Positions 1 through 8,184 of a stretch of DNA of 64,000 bases are shown in pieces. The DNA is taken from positions 82,005 to 146,004 of the forward strand of contig SVIR01000002.1 in the NCBI GenBank assembly GCA_015069395.1. The letters run 5' to 3'. Source of the stretch: Clostridiales bacterium (GTDB lineage Bacteria > Bacillota > Clostridia > Christensenellales > UBA1242). The notes under the pieces are model-generated. The model searched no databases. It was given only the letters and a program-made list of their open reading frames with translations, and was not told the DNA's origin. The position numbers and the translations under genes were made by a program. The stretch's first letter is position 1. Every line of letters starts with the position of its first letter.

Positions 1-12
1 TGCAAAGCTGAA

Positions 13-429
13 TTGTCAGCAAACAAAGACGAATTTATCGGAGATTTGGATCTAGAACTTTGCCCTATATGCAAGACAAACTATATTCAACCAGACGAAA
101 TTATGTGCGCAACTTGTTTGAAAGAGCATCGTGCAGAAGGTGACGACGTTTCGACGGACTGGGAAGAATATCTGAATAGAGACGAAGACGAAATTATTTA
201 TGACGACGAAGAAACCGGCGATATGGCTAGTGTAACTACAGACATTGACGACAACATAATTGACGACGACTTAGATTCAGGAATAGGCTTTGATGATCAG
301 TTGGACGATTCTGATTTGGACGACTTCGACGACGAAGAATTTGACGAGGATTTTGATGAAGACGAAGATTTCGACGAGGATGACGACGATGAAGAAGATG
401 CAATTGACGACGACGAAGACGATTTTTAG
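13..429 (+). CDS. Small zinc-ribbon-like protein with a long poly-Asp/Glu C-terminal tail (hypothetical). The frame is open back to nt 1, so the true N-terminus may lie upstream of the window.
   Basis: ORF track, 138 aa. CPICKTNY...CATCLKE (CxxC-x17-CxxC). The last ~90 aa are almost only D/E/F/I. Followed by a strong hairpin terminator. Confidence 0.5.
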   Translation: MSANKDEFIGDLDLELCPICKTNYIQPDEIMCATCLKEHRAEGDDVSTDWEEYLNRDEDEIIYDDEETGDMASVTTDIDDNIIDDDLDSGIGFDDQLDDSDLDDFDDEEFDEDFDEDEDFDEDDDDEEDAIDDDEDDF

Positions 430-463
430 TCGTCTTCTTTTTTTATTTAAGTTTTGCATAATG

Positions 464-493
464 AAAAAAGAGGTTTTAATTAACCTCTTTTTT
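464..493. terminator. Bidirectional intrinsic terminator between convergent genes
   Basis: aaaaaagaggtt-ttaatt-aacctctttttt: 12-bp stem with an A-run on one side and a T-run on the other. It overlaps the stop codon of the 480..4319 gene. Confidence 0.6.
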
Positions 494-3400
494 CATTGTT
501 TTTATTAAGCTTTTTAGACTCTTTCAAAAGTTCTTTTCTCTTAGCTTCTTCTTGAGCGTAAATTTTCTTTTCCAACCCAATCAAATACTCAGGAGATTTA
601 AGAGATTCGATTTGTTTTTTGAGAGAGGCGATCTTTTCTGCAATAACAGTTCTCTTTTGAGCAAAGCGTTTAAATTCTTTGTCTGTATCTTTAGAAACCT
701 TGCCTTTGTCTTTTGCTCTCAGATCAATAACTTTTTGTTTGTGTTCTTTTTCAAGAGATTCAAGTTCGGTTTCAAACTTGTTCAAGTTTGCATTTACCTT
801 TTCGATTTCAGACTCTATTTGTTCTCTTGCCAAACGTTTGATTCTGTCAATGTCTAAACTCTTCTTTCTATCATATGTTGCTTTCTTAGTTTTTTGGATT
901 TTCTTAATCTTTACTTTTCTCATAAAGTAACCAACAATCGCAATAATGATTGCTAATCCTGTGATCAGTGTTGAAATCAGGAGCAACCATTCGAAGTTTC
1001 CATTGTCGTCTGTTTCTTCAGTGTCTTCAGCATCTTCGTCTTCAGATGTGTCACTGTCAGTTTCTGCTTCTACTTCAGCGATATGCACTCTATCAGAGTT
1101 CAAAGAATAATCTTCACCTTCAAATGTTTCTTTTGCTGTGTTGTAAGTTTTTTCGTCTACAGTAGTGAAACTAAGGTTGTATAATGCCATAGCCCCTAAA
1201 GTTTCGCTGTAATCACTTACAAATGACATATAAAGTTTTGCAGAAGTTGCTTCAGAAACTTTGAAATAGATTTTAAAGTTTTGATATTCTTCATTTGAAG
1301 TCAATCCAGTCAAATATTCAAAACCTGTAAGACCAATCGTTAATCCGTGTTTGTAGCTTTTATCTTCGTCAAGTGATTTGTTTGAACCTTCTTTCAAATA
1401 TTCAAAATATGTTTTCAAATCAAAAGAGAGTTCATAATAAGTTGTACTTTCTTCAGCAGTAAGGTCAAAATTGAAGTTCGATTGAATTGTATATGATCCA
1501 ACTGCTTGGTTTGTAAAGTAGAATACGTTTCCTTCAACATCTCTAGCTTGAAGACTTTCTTTGTCTTTCAAGAATTCTCCACTTACAATTGCGCCGAGAT
1601 TTGTATTTTTCTCACCACTTGCAACTGAACCCGTGTAGGCTGGGGGGGTAGATGTTGAAATGTTGTCTGTAATATTGTTTGTAGGAATATCAAAGTAGAA
1701 GTTGTCCATATCAACAATTCCGTAGGAACCGTTGTAGGCTTCTTTCTTTTCTGTGAAGATTTCGGAAGCGATTTCGGTGAGTTCGAAGTTGTCTAAATAT
1801 GCACTTCCAACAACCATTTTCTTTTCAGTTCCGAGTTCAATTGAAACAGTAAGTTTGTCTGCGCCTTCAAACGTTTTAAGATAAATTTGATGGTTTTTCC
1901 AAGATCCACCAGAAGTAATTTCTTTTTCATACAATTTAAAGCCATCACTTCCATAAACCGAAACAGTTATGTTTTCATTGCTGAAAGTTTTGTAATCAAA
2001 TGCCAACATATATGCTTGATTTGCAGAGATGTCAAATTGATCTGAAGTTGTTTTTTGCCAAGAACTATTAAAGTTTGTAAGCATTAAAATATTTTCTGGG
2101 TTTTTGTCTGTTGTTTTGTTTAATGGGTTGCCAGGGTTTTTATAAGTTGCCCAAAGGTAAGGGTTTTCAGCATCTGGAAGAGTGCTATTTGCAGTATATT
2201 GTGCTTTATATTTGTCATATTGAGCTGTTTCTGTGTTGATAACACCACCAAAAGTGATTCCGTTTCCTTGTGTGATTGTCCAGTTTTTTGGAGCGAGTGG
2301 ATAATTGAAGGTATCGTCAACTGTAACGTTGTTGAAGTTTCCGTTTAAAACCTTTGTAGTTTTTGTAGTTGATGCAAGTACCAAAAGATTTGTTGCTTCG
2401 TCAGCTTCTGCGCTTGTTGCTTTTTCGATTTTGATTTCGTCAAACACAACACAACCTGTTGCAGTTTCAGTATCCTTTCCAAGAGATAATTCAAAAGTTA
2501 CTTCAGAGTTGTATCTTGGGCCACCTTGTACATAAAATTCGATTGTAGCATAATTGTTGTTGAAAGCGTTTGTTCCATTTGATTTTACGCCTTCGCTGTT
2601 TTTAATGTTTGCATAATAGTATTCTTCTTCTTTAAGCCCATAATTTTCTAACACGAAGTTGTTTTCTTTTACAGTCAAATAAACGTTTCCACTAGTAACT
2701 TCTGATACTTTATATTTTGCTGTAATCTTGTAAACTTCATTTGCATCAATTTTGATTGCTTCAGATTCTACCCCAACATATTCTTCATTTGCCCACATAC
2801 CCAAAACGTATTTGTTAGGAGAAAGGGTGATGGTTTCTCCTTCAATTTCAACTTCGCAAGACAATGTAGAGCCAACAAAGTCATAACCTGTTATACTTTT
2901 GAAAGTTTCTGGATTGTTTACATTGAATACTCTCGCATTTTTAGAACCTTTTGCAGTCCAGTTTTCTAGTGAAGAGCTTGAGTTGTTGTATATTCCTTTT
3001 TCAAAATCAAGGTTGTAGTCATAATGTAATGAAGTATCATTTCTTAAATCAGTGAGATTTGTGCACTTGATTGTTTTTGTTGAAACGTGGTTTCCTTGAT
3101 CGTCTTTTACTTGGTAATCAAAACTCTTGTTCATATAAGAAGCGTAAGTTTTCCAGAACATATTTTCACTATATTGGAAGATATGACAATCGTCAAAGAA
3201 GGCTACACCACTGCTTTCATTTCCATTTTCATTTGTTCCAAGCCACAAATCCATAGTGACTTGTTGTTGCTCATTTCCAGTAGCAATGAAGAAATAGAAT
3301 GTTTCCCAATCATTTGAGCTGATTTTAACGAACTCTGCTTTAATAGGATTTCCTTTTTCGTCTTTAAGTCCATTTATATATGCAGAGCCGAAAACTGTAT

Positions 3401-4319
3401 TTCCCAAAGCTTTGTATTCTGTTTTTTCTTCAAAATATTTAGAAGTTGCTGAGATTGTATAATTTTTTGAAGATTCGTTGTAAGCGAGGTTGCTTGTAAA
3501 AGTTTCTGCAGTAGAAGCTATGCTGTAAATCTTTTTAGTATCGTCTTGAGGATCTATTGTTTCTTCAACGTCTTCAAGAGACACATAAATTGCTTGTCCA
3601 TTATGAATCAAGCCTACATATTCGCTATCTTCATAAAAGAAAACTATATTTGTTTTATTTTCGCCGAGGGTCGAACCTGTTGAAGTGATTGTTTTTGGAA
3701 CGAAGACTGTTTGGTTTCTATAAGAAATGGAGAAATGTTTGCCAAAATCTACACTTTCAAATTTGCTTTTAGATACAGATTGATCAGCTTCAAATATACC
3801 CTTTTCTACATAGCTCTTAAAACTTTCATAATTTGTGTCGCTTTTGAAAGAAACTTGGAAAGAATAATAAGAGTTTGCGGCTAAAGTCACAGTGCTTGAT
3901 CTATAACCTTGTCTAGCCGTAGCATTTTTCGTAGATGTTTCGGTCTTTGAATTGATCATTAAAACGTGACTGTCGGCGCCTTTCTTGCTTGGGTTGTTTG
4001 CCAATCTATATGTGTTTTGCATATAAGTTGGGAAGGTAGTGTTTGTGTTTATAATACCGGCAGTTGTGGACTTGTCATTGTTAAGACCAGACCAACCAGT
4101 CAACGAAGTGCTGATAGAATAAGACGACACGCTGTTGAAATTGTTGTTCGACAAAGAAACTTCTTCAATATGCCCAGCAGAATAAGTCGAAGTTTGATTT
4201 TCAGCATTTGCGCCCGAAACATCAAAGAAAGTGTAAACGATTCCTGATGCTGACAAAGGAAGCACCAATGCCAAAAGAAACATAATAATTTTGCTTTTGA
4301 ATGTTTTTAGTTTTTTCAT
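480..4319 (-). CDS. Giant type-I membrane surface protein: signal peptide, four jelly-roll/CBM-like modules, acidic linker, one TM helix and a ~146-aa charged coiled-coil cytoplasmic tail
   Basis: 1279 aa. N-terminal MKKLKTFKSKIIMFLLALVLPLSASG...ANA signal. Modules end in AFFDDCHIF, VVFDEIKIEK, AYLDNFELTE and ALYNLSFTT. Acidic run EAETDSDTSEDEDAEDTEETDD. TM helix WLLLISTLITGLAIIIAIVGYFM (nt ~921-992). K/E-rich heptad-like tail. SD aagggtga upstream. Confidence 0.8.
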   Translation of the reverse strand: MKKLKTFKSKIIMFLLALVLPLSASGIVYTFFDVSGANAENQTSTYSAGHIEEVSLSNNNFNSVSSYSISTSLTGWSGLNNDKSTTAGIINTNTTFPTYMQNTYRLANNPSKKGADSHVLMINSKTETSTKNATARQGYRSSTVTLAANSYYSFQVSFKSDTNYESFKSYVEKGIFEADQSVSKSKFESVDFGKHFSISYRNQTVFVPKTITSTGSTLGENKTNIVFFYEDSEYVGLIHNGQAIYVSLEDVEETIDPQDDTKKIYSIASTAETFTSNLAYNESSKNYTISATSKYFEEKTEYKALGNTVFGSAYINGLKDEKGNPIKAEFVKISSNDWETFYFFIATGNEQQQVTMDLWLGTNENGNESSGVAFFDDCHIFQYSENMFWKTYASYMNKSFDYQVKDDQGNHVSTKTIKCTNLTDLRNDTSLHYDYNLDFEKGIYNNSSSSLENWTAKGSKNARVFNVNNPETFKSITGYDFVGSTLSCEVEIEGETITLSPNKYVLGMWANEEYVGVESEAIKIDANEVYKITAKYKVSEVTSGNVYLTVKENNFVLENYGLKEEEYYYANIKNSEGVKSNGTNAFNNNYATIEFYVQGGPRYNSEVTFELSLGKDTETATGCVVFDEIKIEKATSAEADEATNLLVLASTTKTTKVLNGNFNNVTVDDTFNYPLAPKNWTITQGNGITFGGVINTETAQYDKYKAQYTANSTLPDAENPYLWATYKNPGNPLNKTTDKNPENILMLTNFNSSWQKTTSDQFDISANQAYMLAFDYKTFSNENITVSVYGSDGFKLYEKEITSGGSWKNHQIYLKTFEGADKLTVSIELGTEKKMVVGSAYLDNFELTEIASEIFTEKKEAYNGSYGIVDMDNFYFDIPTNNITDNISTSTPPAYTGSVASGEKNTNLGAIVSGEFLKDKESLQARDVEGNVFYFTNQAVGSYTIQSNFNFDLTAEESTTYYELSFDLKTYFEYLKEGSNKSLDEDKSYKHGLTIGLTGFEYLTGLTSNEEYQNFKIYFKVSEATSAKLYMSFVSDYSETLGAMALYNLSFTTVDEKTYNTAKETFEGEDYSLNSDRVHIAEVEAETDSDTSEDEDAEDTEETDDNGNFEWLLLISTLITGLAIIIAIVGYFMRKVKIKKIQKTKKATYDRKKSLDIDRIKRLAREQIESEIEKVNANLNKFETELESLEKEHKQKVIDLRAKDKGKVSKDTDKEFKRFAQKRTVIAEKIASLKKQIESLKSPEYLIGLEKKIYAQEEAKRKELLKESKKLNKNNEKRG

Positions 4320-4460
4320 AATTCACCCTTTAAATTTTTCAGATTAACCGTTTTATTATAAAACATTTAGAACAAATAATCAAATATTTTTTCTAGTTTT
4401 ATCAATAATATTTTATATAATAATAAATCTTATTGGATTTGTCAAGAGGTTGTCTGGATT

Positions 4461-4856
4461 ATGGAAGAAATAAAAGAAGAAAAAAAGCAATCAAAACTGA
4501 GCTTTAAACAGGTTTTGGTCTTGTGTATATGTGGAGCCCTTATTGGTTTTGTAAATGGTTTTTTTGGAGGTGGAGGTGGTATGATATGTGTTCCACTATT
4601 AGAAAAGGTGTTGCATTTAGAAAACAAATATTCTCATGCGACAGCAATCGTGGTTATTTTACCAATTTCTTTCATAAGTGCAGTGATATATCTTTTGAGT
4701 GGAAATCTTGAAACTATACCGTTTTTAACGGTTGGTTCGGGAGTTGTTGTGGGTGGCATTTTGGGGGCTTATGCATTAAAATTTTTGCCTTCAAAAATAG
4801 TGAGAATAATATTTGTTTGCATAATGCTTGCAGGAGGAATTAGGCTTTTGTTTTAG
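4461..4856 (+). CDS. TauE/SafE (TSUP) family membrane protein, half-size subunit 1
   Basis: 131 aa, ~4 TM. Glycine motif FFGGGGGMICVPLL is typical of TauE/SafE permeases. Confidence 0.7.
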   Translation: MEEIKEEKKQSKLSFKQVLVLCICGALIGFVNGFFGGGGGMICVPLLEKVLHLENKYSHATAIVVILPISFISAVIYLLSGNLETIPFLTVGSGVVVGGILGAYALKFLPSKIVRIIFVCIMLAGGIRLLF

Positions 4857-4865
4857 GAGTGAAAA

Positions 4866-5228
4866 ATGACTTATTTTTTTTATTGTTTGGCTGGACTGAC
4901 TTCGGGTGTTTTTGGTGGAATGGGAATGGGAGGAGGAACTCTTCTAATACCAATTTTGACTATATTCTTGGGCATGGATCAAAAACTTGCTCAAGGTCTA
5001 AACTTGTTGACATTTTTGGTTATGGCAATATTTTCAATATTTATACATTATAAAAACGGATACATAGTTACAAAAAATATATTTTGGATTATTTTTTTTG
5101 GAGTAATATTTTCTGTGGGTGGTTCTGTGGTTATGTCTTTTTTGCCGTCAAAGATTTTAAAAATGGTTTTTGGTGCCTTTTTATGTGTGCTTGCGATAGT
5201 TGAATTTATAAAAGTATTCAAAAAATAG
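4866..5228 (+). CDS. TauE/SafE (TSUP) family membrane protein, half-size subunit 2
   Basis: 120 aa, ~4 TM. Motif FGGMGMGGGTLLIPIL. It has its own SD (taggagtg) 9 nt after the stop of subunit 1. Confidence 0.7.
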   Translation: MTYFFYCLAGLTSGVFGGMGMGGGTLLIPILTIFLGMDQKLAQGLNLLTFLVMAIFSIFIHYKNGYIVTKNIFWIIFFGVIFSVGGSVVMSFLPSKILKMVFGAFLCVLAIVEFIKVFKK

Positions 5229-5287
5229 TTTACAAAACGACATTTTTGTGATATATTTATTACATAAATTTCAGAGAGGTGGATTTT

Positions 5288-5458
5288 ATGGTAGATAAAA
5301 ATAAATGTATCGGTTGTGGTACCTGCGTTTCTATTTGTCCTGTAGAAGCAATTTCTTTTGATACAGATGGAAAAGCAGTTATTGACAAAAAGAAATGCAT
5401 TCGTTGTGGAGCTTGCCAAGCTAGTTGCCCTGTAGAAGCAATAGACATAGACGCATAA
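5288..5458 (+). CDS. 2x[4Fe-4S] ferredoxin (56 aa; below the ORF-track cutoff)
   Basis: My translation: MVDKNKCIGCGTCVSICPVEAISFDTDGKAVIDKKKCIRCGACQASCPVEAIDIDA*. Two CxxCxxCxxxCP motifs. SD gagagg 8 nt upstream of the ATG at 5288; TAA at 5456-5458. Confidence 0.85.
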   Translation: MVDKNKCIGCGTCVSICPVEAISFDTDGKAVIDKKKCIRCGACQASCPVEAIDIDA

Positions 5459-5478
5459 TCGAAAGAAAAGGGGATTTT

Positions 5479-6951
5479 ATGGAAAATTTAGCATTTATAC
5501 AACTTACAGAAAAAAAGACTAAACTTCTTATTGTTCAAAGCAGAAATGGAAGATATAGAGTTTTGGAAGAAGTTGAAAACTATTACAATCTTACAAATGA
5601 CATTATGAAAGATTGTTTGTTTAGCCCAAAATCAAAGGCTGATATTTTGAAAATATTAAACATTTATCGTTATACCATTGAAACATTTAAAGTAGGGAAA
5701 ATGATAGCAATTGCTTCAAACGTAATTGTTAAAGCTAGAAATTATCGTGGCTTTTTGGACGAAATTTATACAAATACAGGTATGAATTTTGTTATTTCAA
5801 ATGACGACGAAGTTGTTAAAAACATTTATATGTCTTCAATGACAAAGGTTGATGTTTCAAAGGGTTATATTGTAAATATTGGTTCATATCAAACTTATAT
5901 TTTAAAATTTAATAGAAGAAATGTTGTTGAATACAACATTATTCCTTATGGTTACAGCAATTTAAACGGTTCTTTTGCAGAAATGGTTGCTACAGTGAGA
6001 AAAGACATCAAAAAAGCTTCTCTTGTCAAAAACTTTGACGGTGATATTCTTATCGGCTGTGGCCCTTCATTTATTGACATTAGCAAGATTGGCAAAAAGC
6101 TTACTAGATATCCAATTGATATTGACAACAATTACGAACTTTCAGCTAGTACGGTGGGCAAGGTCGTAGACTTCTCAAAAGATCTTGATTTGGCAAAGAT
6201 AAAGAAAATCAAAGGAATAGGACCAGAAGGTGCAGAGAGTTTGAATGGTGGATTGGCTATTATTAGTGCTTTGTTTGAACTTTTGCAAATTGAAAACATA
6301 ACTGTTTCAACTGCCGAACAATTGGAGGGTGTTGTTCTTTCAAACTTGGTTGGAAATGCAAACGAAAAATATAGTGATATGTTGCAAAATAGTTTAGACA
6401 ACTATTATGAATTCAAAAAAGAGGGCTTGGCTATAAACGGAAATGTTTATGAAATGGCCATTTTGTTGTTCAAACAACTTAAAGTGGTTCATAAATTGCC
6501 AAGAACATATGTAAAAGCGTTGAAAGTTTCTGCTTATATGTTTGATTGTGGAAAATTTATCAATTTTGATAACCATCAAAAGCATTCTTTCTATGCCATA
6601 TTAAATTCAAACATTTGTGGAGCTTCTCAAAAAGATATTTTGCTTGCTGCTTTTGCTTGTACTTGTCAAAATTTAGACAATTTCAATTTGGCTGAGATTA
6701 TGAAATATAAAGAAATTTTGACAGACGAAGATATCGAAGCAATCAGAAAACTCGGCATTATAGTAAATTTAGCTGTAAATTTGAATGCCTCAAGAAAAAA
6801 TGTTATAAATGACATTGTTTGTGACATTTTGGGTGATTCAATCATTATGAAAACCATCGTAAACTCAGACCCATCGTTTGAAATTCTTCAAAGTATGAAA
6901 ATTTCTGATGACTTTAAGAAAATCTTTAAGAAAAGTTTGCAGATAATATAA
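5479..6951 (+). CDS. Ppx/GppA-family-like protein (ASKHA fold plus HD-like C-terminal half) with altered phosphate-binding loops
   Basis: Start moved to MENLAFIQL (SD aaaagggg). Family-like blocks: IASNVIVKARNYRGFLDEIYTNTGMNFVISNDDEV, IVNIGSYQTYIL, NHQKHSFYAILNSNICGASQKD. Confidence 0.55.
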   Translation: MENLAFIQLTEKKTKLLIVQSRNGRYRVLEEVENYYNLTNDIMKDCLFSPKSKADILKILNIYRYTIETFKVGKMIAIASNVIVKARNYRGFLDEIYTNTGMNFVISNDDEVVKNIYMSSMTKVDVSKGYIVNIGSYQTYILKFNRRNVVEYNIIPYGYSNLNGSFAEMVATVRKDIKKASLVKNFDGDILIGCGPSFIDISKIGKKLTRYPIDIDNNYELSASTVGKVVDFSKDLDLAKIKKIKGIGPEGAESLNGGLAIISALFELLQIENITVSTAEQLEGVVLSNLVGNANEKYSDMLQNSLDNYYEFKKEGLAINGNVYEMAILLFKQLKVVHKLPRTYVKALKVSAYMFDCGKFINFDNHQKHSFYAILNSNICGASQKDILLAAFACTCQNLDNFNLAEIMKYKEILTDEDIEAIRKLGIIVNLAVNLNASRKNVINDIVCDILGDSIIMKTIVNSDPSFEILQSMKISDDFKKIFKKSLQII

Positions 6952-6966
6952 TTTTAAAGGAGAGAA

Positions 6967-8175
6967 ATGGATAAAAAATCAAGCAAAAAACTTGTCTGGT
7001 ATATTTTGTTTGCGATAATCACCGTTGTGATGTGTTATTTGCTTGTAGTTGTTTATTTTCATATAGTTTCTCCAAACAATATCACTACAAAGTTGGCCAT
7101 TTGGCCGTTCAACTCCACACAAAAGATTGGGGAGATGTATCTTGACGCTGTTGTAGAAATTGATTTTACCATTGAAGACGACGAAACTTTGGAATCGGAA
7201 GAAAAAAAGGTTGTCGGAGTCAACATAAGACAAGATGGATATATTATAGCTCCTTACAATGAATTTGTAGATTGTGACGAAACAACTGAATACAAAATTT
7301 TGACAAACGCTGGAGGAGTTTACAACGGCGCTTATCTTTATGGAGACAAGCACTATAATGTGTGCGTGTTGAAAGTAGAAAATATAGCTTCTGATCAAAA
7401 AATTAAGATCCCTTTTGTGTCTATAACTTCCGTTTCACAAGGATTGTTTTCAAATAAGCAAATCTTGGCTATTTCTTCCCCAATTCAAACAAAAAATGTA
7501 TGGACGGGAACTATAGTTGATTTTGAACTTTCAAATATTTATAGAGAAACAACAAGAGACGGAAAAAATGTTGTAGATTTCGTTCTAGAAGATTGTTATT
7601 CAGTTGGTTTAAAAGATGGCTCATTTACGGGTGGAGCGATTTTTGACAAGAAAGGTGGATTTTTGGGGTTGTCTTATGAAGATACCTTAGAAGATGGTTC
7701 TTATATAATTATGCCTGTTGGAGGAGTTAAAAATTTTCTTGAAAAAGTAATTGATTCTTATGAAAAAAATCAAAAATATGACAATAAATTGATTAAATCT
7801 TTCATAGGTTTTGATCAAATTGAACTTTCATGTTTTAAAGATGCTGCTGAGACAAATGAAAACCAAACAGATAAAGAATGTTTTTATTTTAATGGAGAAT
7901 TCCAAATCTTTACAGACGAACTGATCACTTATTTAAATTCAGATATAACGGGTTATTATCTTTTTGAAGCTTTGATTCACAACGACAAAACAATTATTGA
8001 TGCAAATAAAGTAATTTATGCCATTTCTCACAATTCTAAAACATATCTCATTGACACAAAAATAGAATTGTTTGACTTGCTTTATGATGTAGAATCTGGA
8101 GATAATTTGACATTGTTTTTCTATGATGTAGATAAACTTGGGATTGAAAGGCAAAGTGCATCATTTATGGTTTAA
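6967..8175 (+). CDS. Membrane-anchored HtrA-like protein (TM, trypsin-fold and PDZ-like regions) with all three catalytic-triad positions substituted
   Basis: 402 aa. N-terminal TM helix LVWYILFAIITVVMCYLLVVVYF. GSFTGGAIFDKKGGFLGLSY aligns to GNSGGPLxNxxGxxIGIN. The C-terminal ~110 aa look PDZ-like. Confidence 0.5.
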   Translation: MDKKSSKKLVWYILFAIITVVMCYLLVVVYFHIVSPNNITTKLAIWPFNSTQKIGEMYLDAVVEIDFTIEDDETLESEEKKVVGVNIRQDGYIIAPYNEFVDCDETTEYKILTNAGGVYNGAYLYGDKHYNVCVLKVENIASDQKIKIPFVSITSVSQGLFSNKQILAISSPIQTKNVWTGTIVDFELSNIYRETTRDGKNVVDFVLEDCYSVGLKDGSFTGGAIFDKKGGFLGLSYEDTLEDGSYIIMPVGGVKNFLEKVIDSYEKNQKYDNKLIKSFIGFDQIELSCFKDAAETNENQTDKECFYFNGEFQIFTDELITYLNSDITGYYLFEALIHNDKTIIDANKVIYAISHNSKTYLIDTKIELFDLLYDVESGDNLTLFFYDVDKLGIERQSASFMV

Positions 8176-8184
8176 GGAGATTTT

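Noticed and set aside
277-508. ORFs 277..459 (-) and 290..508 (+)
   Set aside because: They are alternative-frame readings of the GAC/GAA-rich acidic-tail coding region and of the terminator, so they are artefacts of low complexity.
4857-4865. The split TauE/SafE genes as a pseudogene created by a nonsense mutation
   Set aside because: The junction contains a well-placed SD and ATG for the second half, and both halves are complete 4-TM units with their own glycine motifs. This is more consistent with a genuine two-gene arrangement. Relatives should still be checked.
5048-5448. Two antisense ORFs (123 aa and 62 aa) from the ORF track
   Set aside because: They overlap the + strand ferredoxin gene, which has perfect CxxCxxCxxxCP motifs and an SD. 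The antisense products are low-complexity with no motifs.
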